This document shows, one piece after another, positions 9,483-18,709 of a stretch of 22,389 bases of DNA (within the stretch, counting starts at the first letter, position 1; each line of letters starts with the position of its first letter). This DNA comes from Prevotella sp. Lineage in GTDB: Bacteria; Bacteroidota; Bacteroidia; Bacteroidales; Dysgonomonadaceae. A program made the translations under genes and the position numbers. The notes under the pieces were generated by a model that was not told the DNA's origin, did no database searches, and saw only the letters and a program-made list of their open reading frames with translations. The DNA lies in the NCBI GenBank assembly GCA_031285625.1, contig JAITVV010000008.1:1-22389 (forward strand), written 5' to 3'.

Positions 9483-9490
9483 CAAATGTA
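9483..9490 (-). promoter_or_regulatory. -7 promoter element of the GntR-LacI repressor gene
   Basis: TACATTTG on the minus strand matches TAnnTTTG, about 25 nt upstream of ATG 9458; no clear -33 TTTG. Confidence 0.55.
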
Positions 9491-9729
9491 ATAATTTTTA
9501 TCGAATTATGCTTATGTCTCTATTATCAAGTTTACATATATGTAATATTTTTATTTATAAACTGCATTAATGTAAATTTCCATTATCTCTTACATAACAA
9601 TTATAAAAACTCTTACAGCAAGGATTACAAACTATAAATAAATCATTATTACTATTACAAAAAGAATGCATATGTAAACAATATGATAATAATAGAAATA
9701 AAATAATATTACATTTATATAAATATATA

Positions 9730-9760
9730 TTTGCATATATAAAAATAAACATTACATTTG
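9730..9760 (+). promoter_or_regulatory. Consensus Bacteroidota promoter of the susC operon
   Basis: TTTG (9730-9733), a 19-nt spacer, then TACATTTG (9753-9760): exact -33/-7 consensus and spacing. Confidence 0.7.
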
Positions 9761-9769
9761 CAATAGATA

Positions 9770-9781
9770 TGTAATATTACA
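9770..9781. promoter_or_regulatory. Palindromic operator candidate TGTAATATTACA just downstream of the predicted susC transcription start
   Basis: Perfect 12-bp palindrome with GT..AC arms typical of GntR-family sites; related palindrome TTACATATATGTAA at 9532-9545. Confidence 0.55.
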
Positions 9782-10037
9782 AAACTCTTATCTAATTGGT
9801 AAGTAAGTGATCATGAGCCTCATTCTTATTTTATTAAGAATAATCTTCTCCAGTATATTCATCTAATTTATTGATCTGTATAATAAATATAAATATGAAA
9901 AACATTAGAAACGGTTAAAACAGTTCATCCAACCTTAATTAAAAATCTCAACCATCAAAAATTGAGAATTGCACAAAACAGATAACCTTAAGTTTAATAA
10001 TCAATTTAAAAAGCCCATGAATCAAAAAAGAATTAAA

Positions 10038-13000
10038 ATGAAGAAGGCTGTATTCTTTCTACTAGCCTTTATTTTCTTTGCGGTCTTTCCAGCACACATT
10101 TTTGGAACAACAAGCTTAGATAATACATTCTCCGTTACACAAAACAATAAGAACATTACTGGTAAGGTCATAGACCAAACGGGAGAATCGCTACCTGGAG
10201 TTTCTGTAATTGAAAAAGGAACTACCAATGGAACCATGACTGATGCAGATGGAAATTTTTTATTAAATGTAAAAAATGAAAGTACCATTATATTCAGTTA
10301 TATAGGATATAAATCTCAAGAAATTGCAGTTTCTGACATCAATGGTAGTTCAATAGTATTAATTGAAGATGCACTCAATCTCGATGAAGTTATCGTTACC
10401 GGATACACTACCCAGAAAAAAGCCGATTTGACAGGTTCAGTATCCGTTGTAAAGGTAGATCAACTAAGAGCAAGTACTTCGGGGAATGCAATGAGAGCAG
10501 CACAGGGAAAAGTAGCAGGTATGTCTGTTTCAGGAAATGGGTCGCCTAACTCGGATGCAAAGATCCGTATACGTGGAGAAGGATCGGTGAAAAGTAGTAA
10601 CGATCCATTGTATATTATAGATGGTACACCGACTACCCGTTCGATGAATGAGTTGGCTACGCTGGATATCGAATCTATGCAAGTGTTGAAGGATGCTTCG
10701 TCAGCATCTATCTATGGTTCACGTGCAGCAAATGGTGTTATCATTATTACCACACGTAGAGGTAAGAAAGGGACAACAGTCGATTTTACAGCATCAAATA
10801 CTTTTGTAAGCAATAAGAAACCCTATGACCTGATGAATACTGAACAACGTGGAATTGCACAATACTGGGCAATTAAAAACGACAATCCGAATGCCGATCC
10901 AAACAAGGTAGGCCTAGGTTGGGTAGATGGTTATGGAGGTATATACCAGTATCAAGATCATAAAGACTCAAATGGAAATTTTGTTTTAGATAATGTTTCG
11001 TGGAGGGAATTTTTAGATCCGGAACCGGGTAGGCAAACCATGAGGACATCTGACACCGACTGGCAAAAAGAAGTACTACGGACAGGTTATATACAACAAT
11101 ACAATGTTACACTTTCTACCGGAAGTGATACTGGAAATGCACTTTTTGCTCTTGACTATTATAACAATAAGGGTACGGTAAAAGGAAGCTTTTTCAATCG
11201 TATCAATGCCCGTATCAACAGTGATTATTCATGGCTGAACGGAAAGGTGAAAGTAGGTGAAAATTTTACTGTATCAAAATGGAGAAGAAACATCAATAAC
11301 TTTACTACCGGCTCTGATGATGAAATATTCAATCGGGCTAAAGGACTCATGTCGGCAGTCCCTGTTCATACCGAAGATGGAGGCTGGGGCGGACCAACAG
11401 GAGGAATGAGTGACAGGCAGAATCCGGTCAGATTGATAGAAGATAATAAGGATAATTATGAAGATAACCTTCGCCTGTTTGGTAATGCATATGTCAGTGT
11501 AGAGGTTCTGAAAGGGCTTACCTTCCGTTCTTCATTTGGTCTTGACCTCACTGGTACCTGGCGCCGTTTAATGGAACTGAAATTTCAATCGGGAAGCGTA
11601 AGTTCGGACAGAAATAAGTTAACCCAAAAATCGGGATATGATCTGAACTGGAATAACAGTAATATCATACAATATGTATTCGACGTCGACAAGCATAATA
11701 TTGATGCAATGTTGGGGCAGGAAACCATCCAACGTAACTATGCGGAGATGGGGGCAAGCCGTATGGATTATGGTTTTGAAACACCCGACTATATGATATT
11801 GGATTCGGGAGAGAGAGAACCCAATAATAGTGGATACAACAGTAATCATACAATGATTTCCTGGTTCGGAAAGATAAACTATAATTATGATAGCCGTTAT
11901 CTGGCATCATTTACGCTACGTCGCGACGCATCTTCCGTATTTGGAGATAATAACCCATGGGCTACATTTCCAGCATTTTCATTGGGATGGGTATTGAGCA
12001 ACGAAAAATTCTTTGGCGGTTTATCCAACGTATTTTCGCAACTGAAGCTTCGATATGGATGGGGAAAAAATGGTAATGCCAGTATAGATGACTACGCAGC
12101 TTCCGAATTATATCAGGCACTTTATGACCAAGGAGTACTAGACGGTTGGAACTGGGGTACGGCATATGATATAGTCGGAAATGAGAAGCAATTAATGTCG
12201 GGTTATCGCAGGAGACAACCCAAAAGCCCTGATCTAAAATGGGAAACAACTGCACAGCATAATTTCGGACTCGATTTTGGAGTACTTAACTCTAAGCTTG
12301 GCGGATCTTTTGACTATTATCGTAAAACCACAAGCGACTTGATTATGCAACCGGGAAGTGTAGCCACTGTTGGTGAAGGTGGAAATCTGTGGCGCAATGC
12401 CGGCGAATTTACCAATAATGGTTTTGAACTCACATTATTTTATAGAGATAATATTGGTAATGTCGGATTCGATGTAAGTGGAGTATTTTCTCATAACAAA
12501 CAGACTGTTAAATATGTACCGGATTATGCTATTAATGATTTTGCAGGAAATAACAGAGACCAAACTATTATAGGAAGACCTCGCTATTCTTTGTTTGGCT
12601 ATGTAGCCGATGGGCTTTTTCAAACTCAGGAAGAAATAGACGCAGCACCTAAACAGGTTGGAGCTACACCGGGTCACATCCGTTTCAAAGACCTGAATGG
12701 CGATAAAATAATAGATGATAAAGACCGGACTTGGATAGGTAATGAAAATCCTGACTTGGAATATGGAATCACATTAGGACTCACATGGAAGAATTTTGAT
12801 TTCAATATTTTCTTCAACGGTGTATTGGGTAAAGACTTAAATGTTCGGGGATGGAAAGGATGGTCTGACCTTTATTCATTGGGTACAACCGGAGAAAATT
12901 ATGGGACACGTATGCTTGGTGCCTGGACACCGACTAACACCAACAGTACAATACCGGCAATGAGCCTCACCGATAAGAATGATGATGGGCGTTTCTCAAC

Positions 13001-13244
13001 TTATTTCGTTGAGAGCGGGGCATATATGAAGATAAGAAATGCAGAGATAGGCTATACTTTACCTCAGAATATGCTAACCCGAATGCTCATTAAGAGAGCT
13101 CGCGTATCCCTACGTGCAGACAACATTGCTACTTTCAAGAAGGGCTGGGGTGACAACCAATATACTGGTTTAGATCCTGAAACACCGGGAAATGGCTATC
13201 CTTTACCTTTCTCTATGACAATGGGAATAAACGTAACTTTTTAA
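10038..13244 (+). CDS. susC: SusC/RagA TonB-dependent transporter, fructan-PUL type
   Basis: Signal peptide MKKAVFFLLAFIFFAVF; N-terminal extension ITGKVID..GESLPGVSVIEKGT; LDEVIVTGY; plug NDPLYIIDG and LKDASSASIYGSRAANGVIIITT; LKWETT; terminal Phe. No STN domain. Start is 10038 or 10017. Confidence 0.95.
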   Translation: MKKAVFFLLAFIFFAVFPAHIFGTTSLDNTFSVTQNNKNITGKVIDQTGESLPGVSVIEKGTTNGTMTDADGNFLLNVKNESTIIFSYIGYKSQEIAVSDINGSSIVLIEDALNLDEVIVTGYTTQKKADLTGSVSVVKVDQLRASTSGNAMRAAQGKVAGMSVSGNGSPNSDAKIRIRGEGSVKSSNDPLYIIDGTPTTRSMNELATLDIESMQVLKDASSASIYGSRAANGVIIITTRRGKKGTTVDFTASNTFVSNKKPYDLMNTEQRGIAQYWAIKNDNPNADPNKVGLGWVDGYGGIYQYQDHKDSNGNFVLDNVSWREFLDPEPGRQTMRTSDTDWQKEVLRTGYIQQYNVTLSTGSDTGNALFALDYYNNKGTVKGSFFNRINARINSDYSWLNGKVKVGENFTVSKWRRNINNFTTGSDDEIFNRAKGLMSAVPVHTEDGGWGGPTGGMSDRQNPVRLIEDNKDNYEDNLRLFGNAYVSVEVLKGLTFRSSFGLDLTGTWRRLMELKFQSGSVSSDRNKLTQKSGYDLNWNNSNIIQYVFDVDKHNIDAMLGQETIQRNYAEMGASRMDYGFETPDYMILDSGEREPNNSGYNSNHTMISWFGKINYNYDSRYLASFTLRRDASSVFGDNNPWATFPAFSLGWVLSNEKFFGGLSNVFSQLKLRYGWGKNGNASIDDYAASELYQALYDQGVLDGWNWGTAYDIVGNEKQLMSGYRRRQPKSPDLKWETTAQHNFGLDFGVLNSKLGGSFDYYRKTTSDLIMQPGSVATVGEGGNLWRNAGEFTNNGFELTLFYRDNIGNVGFDVSGVFSHNKQTVKYVPDYAINDFAGNNRDQTIIGRPRYSLFGYVADGLFQTQEEIDAAPKQVGATPGHIRFKDLNGDKIIDDKDRTWIGNENPDLEYGITLGLTWKNFDFNIFFNGVLGKDLNVRGWKGWSDLYSLGTTGENYGTRMLGAWTPTNTNSTIPAMSLTDKNDDGRFSTYFVESGAYMKIRNAEIGYTLPQNMLTRMLIKRARVSLRADNIATFKKGWGDNQYTGLDPETPGNGYPLPFSMTMGINVTF

Positions 13245-13265
13245 TCAACATTAAACCTAAAACAG

Positions 13266-15014
13266 ATGAAAATAATAAAAATAACTGTTGTATCCCTTAT
13301 AGTAATTCTTCTCGCTTCGTGTAATTCTATGCTTGATGAAGAACCACAAGGATATGTAGATGGCGACGTTTTAGTTACGCCAACAAAAGTTGAACAAATG
13401 GTAATTTCAGCCTACTCATTTCTTGGTCAAAATCATATTAATAAGCAATTTGGCCTACCTTACGAAGAAGGCTCAGTAAGAGCAGGTGAGGCATATAAAG
13501 GTGGTGGAGGACCAGGTGATAATGAGGACAGAGGATTCTGGGAAACCTTTACTTATATGAATCCCGATAATTCAAAAAGCTATAGTTTGGACGAACTGTG
13601 GTGGGTGCACTACGTTGCAGCATGGCGTATAAACGATGCAATGATAAGAGCTAAAAATCTGACGGATGAAGAATACCCGCTACGTTCCAGACGCATTGCT
13701 GAACTACGCTTTTTGAGAGGGCATGTATATATGTATATGAAACAGAACTTCAAATTTTTCCCATATATAGATGAAAATACTCCTTATGATGATTATGATA
13801 AAATAAGTAACAGAGAGTTTACCGACCAGGAACTTTGGGGAAAACTGATAGATGATTTTCGTGCTGCCGAAGCTGTTTTGCCTGAAACTCATCTGGAAAG
13901 TGGAGTGGAAATAGTGGGAAGACCAACTAAATACGCTGCTAAAGCCTATCTGGCTAAAGCCTTGTTATTTGCAGCTTATGAACAGGATGATCAACATAAT
14001 GTGGTAAATATCAATAAAGAAAAATTAATAGAAGTAGAAAAATTATGCACTGAAGTTATAAATGAATCCGGAAAATCATTATTCTCTGATTTTGCCTATA
14101 ACTTCCTGTGGGAAAACGAGAACGGACAAGAATCAATCTGGGCTATACAATACTCCGCCAATACTGACAATTCCCCTATAGGACGCAACAATTCATGGTT
14201 AATATATCCTACAAATTCAGAATACGGTTGTTGTGGTTTCTTAAGACCATCACTCAGCTTGATGAATCGTTATAAAACCATAAAGGGGATTCCTGATTTC
14301 GATAATTTCAACAAAGGAGAAATGCTTGATAATAAAACTGCCTTTGCTAAAACGCCAATGGATCCACGTTTGTTTCATACAGCATGCGTACCCGAAATGC
14401 CTTGGAAATATGATCCGGCTTACATTATGCAGCCACACTGGTCTCGAGCTCCTGAAATATATGGCTATTCTATGAGTCAAAAAATGATAGTTCTTCCATC
14501 ATGCCCTTGTTTTAGAAAAACATATCCGTTTATGGGTAGTGGTTTAAACTGGGACGTGCTCCGGATGGATGAAGTTATCTTGTGGAAAGCTGAAGCATTG
14601 ATACAACTCAATCGCGAAACAGAAGCATTACCTTTAATTAACAGTATACGTACTCGTGCTGCAAATAGTACAAGTTTTCTGAAATTTGCAGACGGAACAC
14701 CTACCGGAAAATTTGATGTAGCAGAATACAAGCCCGGCACAAACTGTCCGGCTTGGAATAAAGACTTTGCAATGAAAGCTTTGCAGTGGGAACGTCAACT
14801 AGAGTTTGCTACAGAAGGAAAATGGTTTTTTGATTTAGTTCGCTGGGGTATTGCTGCAGAATATATGAACAATTATTTTACCATAGAGAAAACCAGAAGA
14901 AGCCATCTTGAAGAAGCGAAATTCACTAAAAACCGTGATGAATACTTCCCTATTCCACAAGTTCAAATCAACTTTGTGAAAGAAGGAATATATAAGCAAA
15001 ACTATGGATGGTAA
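13266..15014 (+). CDS. susD: SusD/RagB lipoprotein, BT1762 (levan SusD)-like
   Basis: Lipobox LLAS-C; AELRFLRG; ENGQESIWAIQYS; GCC and CPC cysteine pairs; DPRLFHT; WERQLEFATEGKWFFDLVRWG; QNYGW terminus. The motifs parallel the recalled BT1762 sequence. Confidence 0.95.
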   Translation: MKIIKITVVSLIVILLASCNSMLDEEPQGYVDGDVLVTPTKVEQMVISAYSFLGQNHINKQFGLPYEEGSVRAGEAYKGGGGPGDNEDRGFWETFTYMNPDNSKSYSLDELWWVHYVAAWRINDAMIRAKNLTDEEYPLRSRRIAELRFLRGHVYMYMKQNFKFFPYIDENTPYDDYDKISNREFTDQELWGKLIDDFRAAEAVLPETHLESGVEIVGRPTKYAAKAYLAKALLFAAYEQDDQHNVVNINKEKLIEVEKLCTEVINESGKSLFSDFAYNFLWENENGQESIWAIQYSANTDNSPIGRNNSWLIYPTNSEYGCCGFLRPSLSLMNRYKTIKGIPDFDNFNKGEMLDNKTAFAKTPMDPRLFHTACVPEMPWKYDPAYIMQPHWSRAPEIYGYSMSQKMIVLPSCPCFRKTYPFMGSGLNWDVLRMDEVILWKAEALIQLNRETEALPLINSIRTRAANSTSFLKFADGTPTGKFDVAEYKPGTNCPAWNKDFAMKALQWERQLEFATEGKWFFDLVRWGIAAEYMNNYFTIEKTRRSHLEEAKFTKNRDEYFPIPQVQINFVKEGIYKQNYGW

Positions 15015-15028
15015 TTAATAACTATTAT

Positions 15029-15079
15029 ATCTATTTGAGTAGAGATAAATGTGAATTATCTATCTTTACTCAAATAGAT
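15029..15079 (+). terminator. 19-bp stem-loop between susD and the first GH32 (attenuator or mRNA-stabilising hairpin)
   Basis: ATCTATTTGAGTAGAGATA (15029-15047) pairs with TATCTTTACTCAAATAGAT (15061-15079), with one G-U pair; no long U tract. Confidence 0.7.
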
Positions 15080-15131
15080 TAATCAATACATTTATACTTT
15101 TTAACCCGTATATTAAAACCTAATAAAAAAA

Positions 15132-16610
15132 ATGAAAAAGATCCTGATATCGATATTAATTACCTTTGTGAGCTCAGTAGTCTGTGGGCAAGTAGCCAAA
15201 GACTACAATCCAACCATTCAAAGAACAACAAATATGCAGTATTTTAAACCTGTAGAATCTCACTTGTTCTCAGGTGATTGCATGCCTTTTTCTCACAACG
15301 GTACACTTTATCTTTATTGGCTTCTGGATGAAGGAAACCATTCGGGACTAGGCGGACTAGGCGGACATCAGTGGGCATTGAGTACGACAACAGACCTTAT
15401 CAACTGGAAGCATTATCCCGTGGCATTAGGAATAGACGAAGATTGGGAGAAATCCATTTGTACAGGTTCAGTTATTGCAGATGGGGACAAATTTTATGCA
15501 TTTTATTCTACTCGTGTTAAAGATGAGAAAGGTATACATGAGCAATTGAGCTATGCGATGAGTACAGATAAAGGGATTTCTTTCAAAAAACAAAAACCTA
15601 ATCCATTTTATTATGCACCCGAAGAATGTGTTAGCCGCGATTTTAGAGACCCGCGTGCATTTAAAGATAAAGATGGAGTATTTCATCTATTCATATCAGG
15701 ATATGAGAAAAATCCAAGCATTGGTGGACAAGGAGGATATCTGGTTCACTTGACATCTAAAGATCTGAAAGACTGGAGAGAAACCACATCTCCTTTAAAA
15801 GGACAAAACGGTACACCCGAATGCCCCGACTATTTTAAATGGAATGATTGGTACTATTTGTTATATAGCATCCATGGTGATACATATTATGTAAAATCAA
15901 AAAATCCATATGGCCCATGGGAGTATCCCCGCACTCAGCCTATGGTGGACAAATGGGCAAACGTAGCTAAAACAGCCGAACTTAATGGTCGTCGTATTGT
16001 TGCGTTCTATACAAATGTAAAAAAGAACAATTTAGATTCTGAAGGACAGATATGGGGTGGGTGTATCCTTTTACGTGAATTGTTTCAACAAAAGGATGGA
16101 ACTTTATCTGTAGGATATTTACCGGAAGTAGCTCCGCCGATGTCGCTTATTTCTACTCCTGATATTATTATTCCTAATATCTCAGATAATAATGGTACAT
16201 ATAAAAATGGTGTCTTGGATATTATTGCTCCTAATGGTATAAGTACAGGCTCAATGAAAGACCTCCCTCGTCAATATCGTATAACAATGACAATAGAACC
16301 CCAAGGCAATTATGACGAATTAGGTTTGTATATGCGAGCAACGGATAAAGACAAAAAAGGATACAAACTTACGTTGAATGCAAATAAACAAACAGTTTCT
16401 TTACATGAATCAAAAATTGAAGGTGTACAAGGCTTAAGAGATAATATAGAGCTGAATATCACAGTGATGGATGATATAATAGATGTATATATCAATAATG
16501 AACGATGTATTATTAATCGCTTGGGAGAGCAAAAAGGTGAAAATATATTTTTCTTTGTGAAGAATGGAGAAGCAATAATCAAGGATATCAAATTGTATAA
16601 GATAGACTAA
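15132..16610 (+). CDS. GH32 glycoside hydrolase (5-blade beta-propeller + beta-sandwich), periplasmic
   Basis: SPI signal ending VCG|Q; nucleophile SGD49CMPF (BT1760-like GDPMP rather than WMNDPNG); TTDLINW; ICTGSV; FRD173P; PE230CPDYF; C-terminal sandwich IIDVYINNE. Confidence 0.88.
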   Translation: MKKILISILITFVSSVVCGQVAKDYNPTIQRTTNMQYFKPVESHLFSGDCMPFSHNGTLYLYWLLDEGNHSGLGGLGGHQWALSTTTDLINWKHYPVALGIDEDWEKSICTGSVIADGDKFYAFYSTRVKDEKGIHEQLSYAMSTDKGISFKKQKPNPFYYAPEECVSRDFRDPRAFKDKDGVFHLFISGYEKNPSIGGQGGYLVHLTSKDLKDWRETTSPLKGQNGTPECPDYFKWNDWYYLLYSIHGDTYYVKSKNPYGPWEYPRTQPMVDKWANVAKTAELNGRRIVAFYTNVKKNNLDSEGQIWGGCILLRELFQQKDGTLSVGYLPEVAPPMSLISTPDIIIPNISDNNGTYKNGVLDIIAPNGISTGSMKDLPRQYRITMTIEPQGNYDELGLYMRATDKDKKGYKLTLNANKQTVSLHESKIEGVQGLRDNIELNITVMDDIIDVYINNERCIINRLGEQKGENIFFFVKNGEAIIKDIKLYKID

Positions 16611-16623
16611 CAAATAATAGATC

Positions 16624-18675
16624 ATGAATAAACCATATAAAATAGTTTTTTTATTTTTAATAATAATTTGTACCTGCAGTTTATCAGCACAAGATGCCGC
16701 AAAAATAGATTTGCTGAGCCACTGGTGGAAGTTTACTCCCACTACTACGGCAACAAGTGCTATAGGGCAAGGAACTAATAAAGTAGAGTTTTATACAAAA
16801 GACCCTATGCAAGGATTTACCCTCAGGTTCAATATAGATCTGAAAAAGGCAGAAGGGCAACAAAATATACTGGATATACCAGGTGTATTATCCGTTTATA
16901 TGCGTCGTACCAGCCCTGATGTACGCGATAGACAAAATTACCCTACACACAAGATGGCCGACGGATCTGTACCTGTGCTTGAAGCAAGCCTTAAACTATT
17001 TCGCACAGAACCTGAAGCGGAAGGCAAGGATATGATAATTGGGTATCCACTTGCCATGTTGAAAAACAGTTATGGAAAACATGAAGTAATTTTGAATTTT
17101 ACCGAAGCTCAATGGACTATGTATGTTGATGGAGAACTTGTAGATAATGATTTCCCGATAGGTTACCCCAAATGGAATACTAAAACAGCATGGTCTGTTA
17201 ATTCGCAATATGTGACAAGTGCTGAAATATTCATGCCAATGATACAACCTGTAAGAGACTTATCCAAAAATACAGAAAGACCCCAAGTGCAATATTGGAC
17301 ACCTGTGGGACATAATTCGTGGGTAGGTGATGTCGCAACTCTATTTCATAATGGTCGCTTTCATCTGTTTTATTTATATGATCGTCGCCACCATTCAAGT
17401 AAATTTGGAGTGGGAGGGCATTATTTTGAACACTTGTCAACAACAGACTTCAAAACATGGACAGAGCATGAAGCGGCTACTCCGATCGAGGAACAATGGG
17501 AGACATTCGGGACAGGAACTCCATTTGTATGGGATGGAAAACTGTGTGTGTCATACGGACTACATACCTCCCGAATTTATCCGGATGTGAAAACAATGTA
17601 TCCGGCCCTGAAAGTACACTATGAGAATTATGGAAAAACAGGACACTTTGATTATAAATCTTTTCCGACTGTACCTTCAGGCGCAACTTATTCTGTTAGT
17701 CAGGATGGGGTTACTAATTTCAAAAAAAGCAAAAAAATAATACATTATAGCGAGAATCCAACTATCTATACCGATGCAAACGGAAAGTTGACAATGATAG
17801 CAAGCTTCCGGTCGAAGGGTATGTGGCAATCCGATTCTTTAGATGGAGGCTGGTATTGTGTCAACAAAGACTTCCCTCCGGGTGGAGATTGTACATTTTA
17901 TTTCCGTTGGGGCAAGTTCGATTATATCATCGGCGGCTTCACAGACCTATGGTCGAAATCTGTTAGTGCAGAGAATAATGAATATAAAAGTGTAGTGGAA
18001 CGAGGTAAAGATTTCTATAACGGATTTAATGTGCCTGCCATAACAGAAATTACTGACGAACGGTTTATTATGTCGGGATGGTTGCCTGTACGCGGATGGG
18101 GAGGTCCTCTTCTAATACATGAGATGATACAATATCCTGATGGTCGCATAGGTACAAAGTGGATGAAGGAATTGATTCCGGATACAGGAGTTTCAAAAAA
18201 TATTATCAAGCAATTGGACAAAACAGTATTTAGTGATGTTTCAGCCCAGTCATTTATGCTTTCATTCGATGTGATTCCTTCAAAAGAAAAAGATGATAAA
18301 TTTTCGGTATCTTTTCTGCCTGCGGAAGGTACAGATAAAGGCTGTGAATTCCAGATGCGGTTAAAAGATTTAGTTGCTCAGTATGGAAATGCATCGTTTG
18401 CCGAATATGCCGTAGCCGAAAAAAGCGTACATGAAGGAGGTCAGCCTCAGGAAGCTCGCAATTATGCAATAGAAAAACTTATAGGAGTGGATAAACCTTT
18501 TACTGTTCGCATGGTTGTTAAGTACTCAGATAAGTTAGGAGGTGTGCTTATCGATTCTGAAATAGCAGGGCAACGCACAATGATAACATATCGCCCCGAT
18601 TTGCTAGTAAAAAAGCTAATGTTCAGGTCAGATGGTGCTCAAGTAAGAAATGTTAGTATAGCACCTTTGTTATAA
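16624..18675 (+). CDS. Atypical GH32-like (clan GH-J) protein with N-terminal LamG/ConA-like domain and altered catalytic motifs
   Basis: SPI signal ending LSA|Q; N-terminal beta-domain with HEVILNF..WTMYVDGELVD; propeller WVGD236V...HLFYLYD...STTDFKTW...FGTGT. SENP replaces FRDP and GGDC replaces PECP. WGGPLLIHEMIQYPDG aligns with WGGCILLRELFQQKDG of the upstream GH32. Confidence 0.75.
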   Translation: MNKPYKIVFLFLIIICTCSLSAQDAAKIDLLSHWWKFTPTTTATSAIGQGTNKVEFYTKDPMQGFTLRFNIDLKKAEGQQNILDIPGVLSVYMRRTSPDVRDRQNYPTHKMADGSVPVLEASLKLFRTEPEAEGKDMIIGYPLAMLKNSYGKHEVILNFTEAQWTMYVDGELVDNDFPIGYPKWNTKTAWSVNSQYVTSAEIFMPMIQPVRDLSKNTERPQVQYWTPVGHNSWVGDVATLFHNGRFHLFYLYDRRHHSSKFGVGGHYFEHLSTTDFKTWTEHEAATPIEEQWETFGTGTPFVWDGKLCVSYGLHTSRIYPDVKTMYPALKVHYENYGKTGHFDYKSFPTVPSGATYSVSQDGVTNFKKSKKIIHYSENPTIYTDANGKLTMIASFRSKGMWQSDSLDGGWYCVNKDFPPGGDCTFYFRWGKFDYIIGGFTDLWSKSVSAENNEYKSVVERGKDFYNGFNVPAITEITDERFIMSGWLPVRGWGGPLLIHEMIQYPDGRIGTKWMKELIPDTGVSKNIIKQLDKTVFSDVSAQSFMLSFDVIPSKEKDDKFSVSFLPAEGTDKGCEFQMRLKDLVAQYGNASFAEYAVAEKSVHEGGQPQEARNYAIEKLIGVDKPFTVRMVVKYSDKLGGVLIDSEIAGQRTMITYRPDLLVKKLMFRSDGAQVRNVSIAPLL

Positions 18676-18709
18676 TAAAATAGAACCCTGTAAAATTAAC
18701 GTTTATAAT

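Noticed and set aside
9567-9752. 61-aa minus-strand ORF in the regulator-susC gap
   Set aside because: Low-complexity translation of AT-rich promoter DNA that overlaps the promoter and operator motifs.
15345-15366. 9-bp tandem repeat (GGACTAGGC)x2 in the GH32 gene
   Set aside because: In frame, encodes a GLGGLGG loop, only two units; not a phase-variation tract.
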